Positions 38,593 through 48,900 of a stretch of DNA of 64,000 bases are shown piece after piece. The notes under the pieces are model-generated. The model was not told the origin of the DNA, ran no database searches, and worked only from the letters and a program-made list of their open reading frames with translations. Within the stretch, counting starts at the first letter, position 1. Every line of letters begins with the position of its first letter. The position numbers and the translations under genes are program-made. Source of the DNA: a virus (taxonomy: Duplodnaviria > Heunggongvirae > Uroviricota > Caudoviricetes); the IMG/VR virus record IMGVR_UViG_2657245091_000008, one strand, 5' to 3'.

Positions 38593-38985
38593 CTACCAGC
38601 GAGACAAACGAACAACATGTTTCACTTTTGCGATCCACTTTCCGCGATAACTATTGATTACGGCCTGTGCCAGCTTCAAATTGGCTTCAAAATCAGCCTT
38701 ACTACCATCAGACTCCACCAGCATTCCTCCATCTATTTCTGGTAAACATAGATAATCCTGCTCAACCTGCAGCGGCATTGATGGCTCTCTGAATGGCGTT
38801 ACTTGCTCTGCTTTCCAGCGAAATCTAACCCTCATCCCCCTGGTGGTCATTACTAGATAGCCTGTTATAGTGCTTTTATGGCCCACATCAGTACGCGTGG
38901 CATTGCATGACACGATCTTACAGTTAGCGATAGACCACTCCATATTGGTGGCCTGTTGAGTGCTTAATTTGGTAGTCCCGTACAT
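38593..38985 (-). CDS. hypothetical protein
   Basis: 130-aa ORF. Confidence 0.45.
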   Translation of the reverse strand: MYGTTKLSTQQATNMEWSIANCKIVSCNATRTDVGHKSTITGYLVMTTRGMRVRFRWKAEQVTPFREPSMPLQVEQDYLCLPEIDGGMLVESDGSKADFEANLKLAQAVINSYRGKWIAKVKHVVRLSRW

Positions 38986-39560
38986 CAGAAAGCCTCCCAG
39001 TCAGTCGCGATAATATCCACACCAGTTGCAAACCAGTCTGTCTGCGCCTGTAAATCCCCATTCATCATTACCAGGCGAGGCATCACCATCACATCGCACC
39101 CTTCCACAATATCGAATGCCTCTTCCGGCAAGAATTCGAAGAGCTTTTCTTTGCTGCCAATGCTGCCACGGAACATCGATATATAGCTCCCTTTAGGCCA
39201 TGATGTCCGCCGGGCATCAAGCCCTTTCATCATCCAGTAAAAAGCCGAGGAAAAAGGGATATTCTTTTTGCCAATGATTACATTATTCGCTTCTGTGTAC
39301 TTCAGGAACTTAACTAACCTTACCATTGACTCGGATAACGCAACGTATGGCTCATGATTGATTGCTGACACGCTTACACCGTGCAATCCAACGCTTACCA
39401 CTGTCATATCGCCGCTCTGTGCGGTTTCGATATTGACGCCTTTGCGAACTAATGAGGCGTAAAGTTCCTCTCGCTTTTGGGTCCAGCGTTCCCGCTTCCC
39501 TATGAAGTCACTCAAAATGAGATCTTCTTCTGCATATGCGTTATCGTTCGCCATTAACAT
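38985..39560 (-). CDS. hypothetical protein with DUF2829-like segment
   Basis: 191 aa; FSSAFYWMMKGLDARRTSWPKGSYI resembles the DUF2829 core. Confidence 0.4.
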   Translation of the reverse strand: MLMANDNAYAEEDLILSDFIGKRERWTQKREELYASLVRKGVNIETAQSGDMTVVSVGLHGVSVSAINHEPYVALSESMVRLVKFLKYTEANNVIIGKKNIPFSSAFYWMMKGLDARRTSWPKGSYISMFRGSIGSKEKLFEFLPEEAFDIVEGCDVMVMPRLVMMNGDLQAQTDWFATGVDIIATDWEAF

Positions 39561-40014
39561 AACGTCTCCTTTTTTACGCGCGCGACTATCCCCCGGAAGT
39601 ACCGGTAGTGATGTCGTAACTTCGTATTAATTAAGGGGTACAGCCTGAGCGGCTATATGATGAATTGAAAGGAGTTGTGGCGGTGGTGCCTCCACCTGCC
39701 AGGTTAGCCACTCCTGGCGACGTCACTTATCAGAACGTAGTGAATGAAAATGGCTTCGTCACGAGCGCATAGCCGCAATTACCACAACGGAAACGGCGCT
39801 CGCATTAATTAAACGCCTTTTCCTGTTGTGCGCCGTACTCTTCCGGCTGTCACACCGAATCGCCAGGATGGTGAGTCCCTGAGTCCGCTATCCCTCCAGC
39901 GGTGACTTGCACATTCCGGCTACCTGATGTGCCCATGCAGTGTTAGTAAGGTACCTAACAGCTACACCAGACCGCTAACGACGCATGTGCCATACGTCGT
40001 GTTACAACCAAATA

Positions 40015-40090
40015 TGGTGGCCCCTACCGGATTTGAACCGGTGACCGTGCGATTATGAGTCGCCTGCTCTAACCACTGAGCTAAAGGGCC
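40015..40090 (-). tRNA. tRNA-Ile (anticodon CAU, ileX-like) or tRNA-Met
   Basis: Minus-strand GGCCCTTTAGCTCAGTGGTTAGAGCAGGCGACTCATAATCGC...GGTTCAAATCC...GGGGCCACCA; cloverleaf with CAU anticodon and encoded CCA; very close to E. coli ileX as I recall it. Confidence 0.8.
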
Positions 40091-40227
40091 AGATTACTGT
40101 TAATTCCGCTTACGCTTTTTGCCAGAACCGCGTAAGGCTTTTGCCGCTTGCTCGACCCCATATGCAACCACCAGCAAAAATAAAAATGTCCAACCAGGGT
40201 TCTTATCGGCAAACGCCCAAAAATTCA

Positions 40228-40551
40228 TCACTTACAGCCACCTTGCATTTCCTCGGATAATTCATTGATTTTAGTGCTCAATAAGTAATCAAAGTAAAGA
40301 TAAAACACAAAAGTAACGATAGTGCTTAAAGTGTCTGAAATTGCGTATTTCAGCTCAGGAAGCATGACAAAGCAGACAAATAGCGGAAGAAATAACTGCA
40401 CTATGCACAGGCTCTCCTTCCACAACCATCTATATCTGAAGTCTGACAACAAAAACTCCATTGCTTGAAACTTTATTAGATTGCGGTGCCTGGTGCCTCC
40501 AGGTGACGTTAACCAGTTAACAATTAACGCCGGGATGTTTGACTTAACCAC
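40228..40551 (-). CDS. possible small membrane protein between tRNA genes
   Basis: 107-aa AT-rich ORF with hydrophobic stretches; no clear ribosome-binding site. Confidence 0.25.
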   Translation of the reverse strand: MVKSNIPALIVNWLTSPGGTRHRNLIKFQAMEFLLSDFRYRWLWKESLCIVQLFLPLFVCFVMLPELKYAISDTLSTIVTFVFYLYFDYLLSTKINELSEEMQGGCK

Positions 40552-40711
40552 TAAGGAGGATTGTTTTAACTGTTCCGCGTGCGCTTAGCCGCATTCACCG
40601 CAATGGTAAGAGCACTTGGCTGGCTGGGCGGCGATGACGCCTGTACGCATTTGGTGATCCGGTTCTGCTTCCGGCATTCGCTTAATTAGCCAAATACTCT
40701 TAACGTTGCGC

Positions 40712-40798
40712 TGGCGGAGAGTAATGGAATCGAACCATCATCGCTTGCGCAATGGGACGGTTTTCAAGACCGCTTGAGCACCATGCTCCCTACTCTCC
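40712..40798 (-). tRNA. class II tRNA, anticodon UGA (tRNA-Ser-like)
   Basis: 87 nt; acceptor GGAGAGT/ACTCTCC, anticodon loop CUUGAAA, variable arm with GCAA tetraloop, T loop TTCGATT, discriminator G, encoded CCA. Confidence 0.65.
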
Positions 40799-41170
40799 CG
40801 TTATTGTGGCGACCGGTGCTGATCTCCGGCTTGCGGTTATTTCAGACTCTCACGGGCGTTTAATTGCCCCGCCGAACAGCTCTTTTCCGCAATAGCTGCA
40901 ATGTCTTTCGCGCATCAGCCTGCGCATTCACCACAATGTTGAGAACACTGGTTGTCACGCTGCAACGCAACATTTATTCGTAGATTGGGATATGACCCCG
41001 TTACGCCAGTGTTCTCAACGTTGTAGTGCCGGTTACGGTTCCGGCCAGGCCTCTTCCTCAACGGGGTGTTCTCCATACGGACTACCGTTTATTGGTCGTT
41101 CCTGCGGTTTATGTTGTGAAGCCAGATGCTTATCTTCTGGTTGCTTCAAAGAGCTGCACTTCCTCACAAC

Positions 41171-41244
41171 GGTAAGGGTACTTCGTAGGGATTCGAACCC
41201 TCTGCCAAGCTCGGCGATCTCCGACGTCGCAAAATACCCTTACC
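41171..41244 (-). other. tRNA-like fragment / degenerate tRNA
   Basis: Contains a T-arm-like GGGTTCGAATCCC and a 10-bp terminal inverted repeat (GGTAAGGGTA...TACCCTTACC) but no foldable anticodon or D arm. Confidence 0.3.
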
Positions 41245-41252
41245 TGTTGTGC

Positions 41253-41328
41253 TGGTGCCGATTAACGGACTCGAACCGCTGACCATTCGCTTACAAAGCG
41301 ACTGCTCTACCAACTGAGCTAAATCGGC
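41253..41328 (-). tRNA. tRNA-Thr (anticodon UGU)
   Basis: GCCGATTTAGCTCAGTTGGTAGAGCAGTCGCTTTGTAAGCGAATGGTCAGCGGTTCGAGTCCGTTAATCGGCACCA on the minus strand. Confidence 0.85.
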
Positions 41329-41332
41329 AATT

Positions 41333-41419
41333 TGGTGGGGAGTGATGGAGTCGAACCACCCGAGTCGCAATGACAGTAGATTTACAGTCTACCCCGCTAC
41401 CCCTACGGACTAACTCCCC
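41333..41419 (-). tRNA. tRNA-Tyr (anticodon GUA)
   Basis: 87-nt class II tRNA; anticodon arm GTAGACTGTAAATCTAC, T loop GGTTCGACTCC, discriminator A, CCA. Confidence 0.8.
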
Positions 41420-41424
41420 TAAAG

Positions 41425-41501
41425 TGGCGATGGTGGGTGGATTCGAACCACCGACCGACAGCTTAGAAGGCTGCTGCTCTATCCTACTGAGCTACACCAT
41501 C
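41425..41501 (-). tRNA. tRNA-Arg (anticodon UCU, rare AGA/AGG decoder)
   Basis: GATGGTGTAGCTCAGTAGGATAGAGCAGCAGCCTTCTAAGCTGTCGGTCGGTGGTTCGAATCCACCCACCATCGCCA. Confidence 0.8.
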
Positions 41502-42735
41502 ACTTGCCGGGTACGTCTCCGGCGAGGGCTTCCACCTCCGTATGCTTTTCGGCGCACCGCGCCCTGGCTGCAATTCGGTAACAGGGGATGCATAACCCTG
41601 GCTTCCAGCGTGATTAGCGCCTTCAGCATGACGGGATATACCCGTTACAAGAAATTCCCCCAGGATGCCATTAAGCAATGGCTGTTACGCGGGAGGGACG
41701 TAACAGGTAAGGGCGCTGACCAGAAAGACCTGACCCTTCTCATTCATCTGGTTAATCACACCAGCGCCCTTGCCTGTTATGCCTCCCCGTTCCCTAATAC
41801 ACAGACGGGGACACTCTGCGGTCGATTTTTTGACGGGGGACGACTCATACCCCGTGGCGTCTGGCTTCTTAGGCCGCTACCATCATCAGATCATCGTTTG
41901 CATTTACTTTAATGGTCGGTTTCTAAACCGCCGCAAAGTCGCTAACCATGACGAAAACCCTAAAAAAGCCCACCCGAAGATGGGCAAATACGCTACATCT
42001 CACACAAGAAAGAAGCCGACTGCCTGAGCTGGATTCACTTTCAAATGCCCGCAGAAAGGGATCACAAGTCGGCTTCTTTCTTGATGCGGCACTCTCTCCG
42101 CCCGTCACCGCTCTGTCTCGGTTGTCGCGTTTGCCACGCCAGCCGTAACGAGGTTTAAAGTCTTTGCACGTTTCCATCACTCGACTGCCGTCTGTGGCTG
42201 TTCGTTGCAGCGGGGGTGCCTCCCCCTGGGGATATCCCCGGCCTTACCCCATTCTTTCAAGACACAATGCAAGGCCACATCCGCATAGGTGCATTACCGC
42301 AACATTAAGGAGACTCAGGGCAAAAGGTAACCGCCACAAAAATCCCTATGCCTCCTTAATGTTGAAGATGTGCATTGATGATTAGATGCAGCATGTACTG
42401 TTACTCTCTGCCGGACCATCATCAATGAACACCTTAAAAAGACCTTCCGTGGCTCAACATGTATTGTCGTTTACTCCGCAAAGTGCTCTCTCTGAAACCA
42501 CTTTCCGCACTAAACCTGTTGAACTTTGGTCAGCTCGGTGCCAAAGCGTGCTTTTGCTTTACTATACTTTTCTAACACTTTAATTTGTTAACAGCCGGTG
42601 GGCAAACAATAACCAATAAGTGACTATCAAGCCCAGCAAGCGAAACGTGGGTGCCGCCCACCAGCAAGGAAAATTCTATGTTAAGTTATCATCACAATCA
42701 ATACATTCGAATTGTGATTTTAGATTTCTAACACA

Positions 42736-43959
42736 TTACTTCCCGTAAAGATCTTCTACGCCCCCATTCTTCTTATCCCATTCGTTCGCCCATACCCGGC
42801 AAGCGTCAATGATTTCCTGACGACGATCTCCTTGCATGAACGGGATGCTTTCATGGAAACAGCTTGGAATGCAGGCCACACTGAATACGGTATCAAACTC
42901 CGTCTGCTTGATTGCCTCCAGCGTCTCTGGACGCATTTTTAATTCATCGATTGGCGCATCCTTAGAGTCCATAATCCGGCGATATAAGCGCGGAAAATCC
43001 GTCTCCAGGTACGCCATAATTTTATCTGCGAGACATTCGTCTATGTCGGTATTCCAGTCCTTTTCGAAGCCCGGCAGGCGATAGTAAAGCGGCGTTCCCC
43101 ATACCGATGGGATCACATCCATCGTTAACAGGCGATTGGTTCTGATTTGTTGATGGTAATTAGCCGTCAGCAGTGCTTCGCCACGCTGCCCAGTTTCCGC
43201 AACCAGGCCGTGCGGATACTCATGGATGTAGGCAATGGCATCCCTTCCATCATACATAAGTGGAAATGTCTCTGGTCTTTGTCCCATGCCACAAGCACGG
43301 TTCAGATCGTGACCAAGCTGTGAGCACTCTCGCTTTAATGTTTCGATAATGCTCTGCGCTGTAGCCAACTTTTTACGCAGTGTGACGCCTTCGCCTTGAT
43401 AATCAATGCATTGCTGATTGAGCTTGGTTAAACGCTCTTTTAGTTCCCGGCGCTCTCTTTTCAGCGTGCGGTTATCCTTCTCCGCAACATCCAGCCGCTT
43501 TGTCAGGCTGGGCGGATAGTCTTTTTTGTAACGGTTCAAATCGGCTTCGGCAGATTTACGCAGTGTATTTGCCTGTTCAAGACGCGCTTCCAGATTGCCG
43601 ATCTCATTACGCATATTCGCGGCAAATTGATTAACTGCATCACCCAGGCTTTCAACTGTCGCTGATACGCCTGTGACTTGTGAAAAACGGATCAAGCCAT
43701 CATTAACGGCTTGTTGGTATTCCTCAAACTGATCCACCAGCTTATTGTAATCAACTGCCCCATCATCAAGCAGCTTGTTGATTTCCGCCACCAGGTTATC
43801 TGTAGTGGCAATGACACTCTCGTGCAGTCGCTTTGACAGGTCATCACCCGGATTCCGTTTCTGTATAAGAGCGATTTGTGTGCGCAGCGTTTCAATTGCT
43901 GTCGAGATAATTTCCAGATTAGAAGTATCAGTGTGTTGACTCATTGCTGTTCCCGTCAC
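42736..43959 (-). CDS. hypothetical coiled-coil protein
   Basis: 407-aa ORF; operator-like sites both upstream (43962-43988) and at its 3' end (42719-42738). Confidence 0.5.
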   Translation of the reverse strand: MTGTAMSQHTDTSNLEIISTAIETLRTQIALIQKRNPGDDLSKRLHESVIATTDNLVAEINKLLDDGAVDYNKLVDQFEEYQQAVNDGLIRFSQVTGVSATVESLGDAVNQFAANMRNEIGNLEARLEQANTLRKSAEADLNRYKKDYPPSLTKRLDVAEKDNRTLKRERRELKERLTKLNQQCIDYQGEGVTLRKKLATAQSIIETLKRECSQLGHDLNRACGMGQRPETFPLMYDGRDAIAYIHEYPHGLVAETGQRGEALLTANYHQQIRTNRLLTMDVIPSVWGTPLYYRLPGFEKDWNTDIDECLADKIMAYLETDFPRLYRRIMDSKDAPIDELKMRPETLEAIKQTEFDTVFSVACIPSCFHESIPFMQGDRRQEIIDACRVWANEWDKKNGGVEDLYGK

Positions 43960-44057
43960 CTTGTTAAATTAGTTTTCTAACATATTTTATTAGTTTGATG
44001 GCGGTATCGGAAGATGCAATAAACAAAAAACCCGCTAATTGGCGGGTTTTTATGCAA

Positions 44058-44372
44058 TTACTGTGTTGCAGCCTGATAAATAAGATACGCGATAAATACA
44101 GGTACGATGGCCCATTGCAGCAATGAAAGTAGCCTCATTACTGTTATTGGGGTAACTCCATCCACGTATTGTTTCTCTGACATTTTCCCGAACCAACTAA
44201 CCGACAACAGTGCCGAGTTTTCCCCCAATTCCAGCTCTCTGAGAGCTTCACGGATTAACGGCGCTGTCACAGCCTTAACCGGTGTGCTCAACGTGATACT
44301 CCGCGTCCTCCCCGCATCGTCAGCGAACGCCAGACTCACATAATATTTTTTGCTCAATGTACAAACTCCCAA
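44058..44372 (-). CDS. hypothetical small membrane protein
   Basis: 104-aa ORF with a C-terminal hydrophobic helix. Confidence 0.4.
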   Translation of the reverse strand: MGVCTLSKKYYVSLAFADDAGRTRSITLSTPVKAVTAPLIREALRELELGENSALLSVSWFGKMSEKQYVDGVTPITVMRLLSLLQWAIVPVFIAYLIYQAATQ

Positions 44373-44554
44373 TCATCAGCGCTTGCACTTTCCGGGGTTA
44401 TGTGAACCTTATCGCCAGTAACAATATTGCGAGCTTCAAAACTTCCATTGATACGTTTCGAGATCTCAATACATAGAGCCTGCTGCCATGAGCGACGACG
44501 AGCGATAGCATTAGTTCCTGCAGGGATAAGTTCTGCCACGTTAAGTAAACGCAA
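44354..44554 (-). CDS. hypothetical protein
   Basis: 66-aa ORF overlapping the next gene. Confidence 0.3.
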   Translation of the reverse strand: MRLLNVAELIPAGTNAIARRRSWQQALCIEISKRINGSFEARNIVTGDKVHITPESASADDWEFVH

Positions 44555-44568
44555 AACGATTTCTCCGT

Positions 44569-45063
44569 TTAATCAAGACAAACATACTCCGTGATAGCTT
44601 TTATGGCTTCAGCGGCACTGCGCGCCTCAAAGCAGTAGTAACCGGCTTCAGTGAGGCGAGTCATCCAGACGAGTTGTTCGGGAGTCAGGCGATTTCTCCC
44701 ATGTTTCATCTCAATGCGCATTCCGTGGTATCCCCCACAAGCAAGGTCTATAGAAAGATCGGGATATCCCTTCTTTTGGCCCTCTGCCACCATTTTTATT
44801 GCCGTCCTTATGCCTCGCAGGCCACCGTTTGGAGTGGCGTGAGTATGCTCATACACATAACGCATATTGCGATACAACCAGTCCAGGACGCGAACCTGCT
44901 CGTAATGCTCATGGTTCCTTTTGATTAGATCTGGGTTTTTCTCCAGTTCTCTAAGAGCTGCGGCATGTGGGGATGTTTCAGAATATTCACTGCGACGCCT
45001 TCTCTTTCGCGCTATTTTTCTAACACACCCATTGATAGTAAATGTGCGAAATAATAACAACAA
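44569..45063 (-). CDS. VRR-NUC domain nuclease (start uncertain)
   Basis: ...HATPNGGLRG...GQKKGYPDLSIDL...MRIEMKHGRNRLTPEQLVW matches the VRR-NUC pattern; the ORF begins at TTG and runs through an operator-like site, so the true start is probably further downstream. Confidence 0.55.
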   Translation of the reverse strand: MLLLFRTFTINGCVRKIARKRRRRSEYSETSPHAAALRELEKNPDLIKRNHEHYEQVRVLDWLYRNMRYVYEHTHATPNGGLRGIRTAIKMVAEGQKKGYPDLSIDLACGGYHGMRIEMKHGRNRLTPEQLVWMTRLTEAGYYCFEARSAAEAIKAITEYVCLD

Positions 45064-45199
45064 CGTTAGATTTGTAAAACAAGAGAGATACTACTCAAGG
45101 ATGGTCTATATGCAACAGGTCGGATTTGCTTTTAGAGTAAAGAGTGACCTTAATCAACAAGGAGGGTAAATCGCATGGCATTTACCCAACCTGTTATTT

Positions 45200-45460
45200 T
45201 TAAAGGGTTATTTTATCCTGTTCGGATAATTCTTTGATTGTCTTGTCGATTGCGATCAACCAACCTTCATAGGTTAAATCATCAACAAGTTCTACCAACT
45301 TATCATCGGTGTGAGGAAAGTATATCCAGCTCCAGTTCGCAGGGTTTTCTGCTTTTCGCAGCGTAAAAACCTTCTTGTATCGGTGGAACTCAAGGATATA
45401 CCCCTTCGATATGGAATATTCCTTTAGGTCTTCGACCGTAAACCTACGATTCTTTCGCAT
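45200..45460 (-). CDS. hypothetical protein
   Basis: 86-aa ORF downstream of darB. Confidence 0.4.
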   Translation of the reverse strand: MRKNRRFTVEDLKEYSISKGYILEFHRYKKVFTLRKAENPANWSWIYFPHTDDKLVELVDDLTYEGWLIAIDKTIKELSEQDKITL

Positions 45461-45462
45461 GG

Positions 45463-45897
45463 CTACCCCATGATTCGATATTTCTCTATAGACTCGTCGT
45501 AACTTGTGTACACGTATGGCTCTGTATCATCGGCATAAGGTGCGACTTCCAGAGCATGAACAGGATTGTATACCGCGTCATTTTCCAGGCGATCGCTCGA
45601 ATACAGATGCCCAGCCAAAACCGTAAGCGCCGGGCGACTCATTTTGTAGATCTCTGCCACATCACTATCTACAACTTGTCCAAATGATATGTCGCCGCGC
45701 TCCAGCAATAACGTTTTAAGCGCAGGCCACCACGGCCCATAAAGGTGATAAAGCTGTGGATCTCGTTTCAGCCTTTCCACCATGCCATTCAGATATGCAT
45801 CCAGAAACGCCTCTTCACTCCTGCCATTGAGCGCCTGCGGCAAAATGTCCTCAAGGTAGGATTCCGTCGGTTTTACAGTGTCAATTAATGTCGTCAT
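45463..45897 (-). CDS. hypothetical protein
   Basis: 144-aa ORF downstream of darB. Confidence 0.45.
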   Translation of the reverse strand: MTTLIDTVKPTESYLEDILPQALNGRSEEAFLDAYLNGMVERLKRDPQLYHLYGPWWPALKTLLLERGDISFGQVVDSDVAEIYKMSRPALTVLAGHLYSSDRLENDAVYNPVHALEVAPYADDTEPYVYTSYDESIEKYRIMG

Positions 45898-45933
45898 TCA
45901 AATTCGGCCCCGGTTGGGGCCGCTCCTTATCTG

Positions 45934-48900
45934 TTAGGCCGCATCGGCGATTATTTTACGCAGTTCATCTACCGAGTAACGCGTAGATACCATCCATGCA
46001 GGACGGTCAAAGTTCACATCAGCAACCGGGTTTGCTTCAAAATTCCAGAAACGCCCGCCAATCTTCTTAATCGCGTCTTTGGCGTTCCGTATTGTCGAGG
46101 AACCTGGTTGGTCGGCAATGAGATAAACCGCGCCAACGTCCTCGCTGACGCTCCACCAGCGCCCGCGAACACGCGCCTTAGCGCGAATCGGCTTATCATT
46201 AACCACAATGATATAGTCATCATTCGCCGCTTCATCAGCTCTGGCTTCAGCCACTGCCGCCTGCTCTTCTCTTTTGCTTTCAGCCTGCTCAAGCCTTTCC
46301 GCGATCTCTGATTCAGTGGCCCCGCCGTTTTTCAGCGATACATAGTCCTGCCACGTTGCCGATTTGAGCGCATCCGGCAACTCATTCACATAGTCGCCGT
46401 CTTTCAACTCACGGGCGCGACGGGTAGCCATTTCTACCAGGCGATTAACAGAAACAGCATCAGCAAAATCGTCCTTACTAATGTATTTTTCATCAAATGC
46501 ATTGATGACAGCCCCCACCTTAATCCACTGTGCTGCCGGTGATTCCAGGGGGTTATCAGCCTGAACAATGGCTAGTTTTGCTCCATCTACCCCATTATTC
46601 GCCAGCTGTTCCAATGCCGCCCATCCATCTGCATCACTGAGTGATTTATATTGCTCAAACAATGCATCGCGCCAGGCCACCAGCGCAGAACGTGTTTTTT
46701 CGATCTTCGTCTTAATTTTCGCTATCTTGACCTGATTAAACATCCGTTCAATATCATCGATATTGCTAAAGGCTTTCATCCTGCCCTGGAATAAACGGTA
46801 TGCCAGCACGGTCCTCCAGAATGATTCCAGACCTTCTCCGGACGGTTTGCGGAACAAGCTAAGAATATCTTCAGAAGTGACTTTATTAAGCGAACGACCT
46901 GACAGACCACGCCCAGCCATCCAGTTTTCGAACTCCTGGGCAACATCATCCATCGTTGCCTGTGCGCCCCATGCCTGCATTCCCTGGATGTAATCATACC
47001 CATACAATGCCTGGAGGAATCCCTCGCCGTCCACGATATTCAGCGGGTTATCACTGGCTTGTATTTTTGCCACTTCACGCTTCAGCGCCTCGTCGTTGCC
47101 ATCAGGATATATCCATCGCTCAGGTGCTATATCCGATGCTCGCCCGATTTTTTGGCCTATCACGCCATCATAGGTCGATGACAGTGCGATCTGACCATCA
47201 TCTGTGCGATAAGCCCAGTATTTAATAGCTGACCCACCGCCCCATGCATTACCAGGTTTACCAGCAATAACATTCATTACCCCATTACGAATAGCATCAT
47301 AGAACTGATCGCGAGTAAGTATTGTTGATAGCTGGTGGCACTGAACACCACGCGCAGCCGTTGCGCGCGATTCAGCAACCCCCTCTTCAAAAGTTACCGC
47401 TTCAATCACAGAGTCAAACGGCAATGTAACGATTGACCCCGGTGATCGAGCGTAACGACTTGCTCTATCCAGCCAGGCGATACGGCAGATGTATTGTGCT
47501 TTTTCACCGTCAATTTTTTCCACCCGGACAATCGCTGTTGTTTCGCGATCATCAATGACTGCACGGTAATAACTACCTTTATGCAACAGGATATTCTTGT
47601 CAGTGCGCATATATTCCTGTGGGTTCTGAATAACATCGATACTGATATCCAGCACACCAGACTTAATAGCGCGCTCCACATCACCACGAGAGCGTTTCAT
47701 TATGGTATCCGCGTCTTTTGCCCTGGTGATCGCAAACCGCAGCACCCGCGCACGTTTTCTGTAGCTACTCAACTGCTCAAGCGCGTATTTTTGCCCATTC
47801 CTGTTCGTACCCGCTTTTATCAGGTCGTCAAGATTGCGCTGGTAATACTCTATCTGTTCCATCGCGCTTTTCAGTTCTGTCTCCATCATGCCGATATCTT
47901 TTCCGGCGGCGTTTGCCGCTTTCAGGTAGATATCGAGAGCATTGTTGGCCTCGCGCTGTGCTTTCAGTTTCAGACGTTCTTCACGCTCTTGCGCCTGGCG
48001 AGCCATGATTGCGCGGCGTTCTTCCGGGTTTGCCGCCAGCATAATGGCGCGTTCATCAGCATCATCCGCATCACCATTGGCGATCTCTGACATGTCGGAG
48101 GTCATCACCATCTTGATCCAGTCTTTCTTACGTTTCAGCGTATCCAGACGGAAGTCGTCGAATGTGCCTTTGCCACAATAGTAGTGAACATTGACCTTTT
48201 CTTGCGGTGAACCTACGCGCGCACCGCGCCCATTTCGTTGGTCGATACTGGCTGGCGTCCAGGGCAGTGTCAGGTGGTGGATATCGGTTGTCCCGATGTG
48301 CAGGTTAATACCTACTTCAGCCTTCTTGTTACAGATTATGATGCGCGTGCGACCTTCGTTATAGTCGGCGGCAATACCTTCCATGCCCTCAAGGCCAGCA
48401 TCATTTTTAGCGGAGAGATAATCCTCATATTGGGCAAGTTTGCTGTAGTAGGTTTCCCATGCCCCTTCTTTGTATTCACCGTTTTTGTTTGGAGTAGGTT
48501 CGGTCGGCTTATTCACCTTCTTCAGCTTGATGCCGCCAGCCTGGCTAACTGTCGTTGCATTGATAATGCCAATCTCCTGCTCCGGCATTTGCAGTGCACT
48601 GGCGATAATACGGCGCAGCTTCTGGTGCTGGGCTTTTTCATCAATAAAGACGATCTGCTTACCGTTCTTCAGACCTTCACGAAGATTTTCGATCAGCGCG
48701 GCATACTTCGGCGGGATGGGGTGCGATACCTGCTGCATATCAATACCGGCAGCCGCAATGGCCTTAAGTATTTCAGCTTCCAGTTCAATGCTGGCACGTA
48801 TTTCAACATGCGTCGGATGTTCACTAAAAGCGGTCTTCACTACCTTGCTGGTACGCGTACTGACCAGCCCGCCAGCGCCGTCTTCCTCGGCCTCATCAAC

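Noticed and set aside
41171-41244. Possible sixth tRNA gene
   Set aside because: Has a T-arm-like segment and terminal inverted repeat but no foldable D or anticodon arm and no CCA; recorded only as a tRNA-like fragment.
40992-41912. Plus-strand ORFs of 96 and 180 aa across the tRNA cluster
   Set aside because: They read through minus-strand tRNA genes and structured non-coding DNA; tRNA cloverleafs explain the sequence.
44569-45063. Full-length 164-aa VRR-NUC ORF starting at TTG 45063
   Set aside because: The N-terminal 24 codons run through an operator-like site and are Arg-rich low complexity; the true start is probably downstream, but I could not fix it without alignment.
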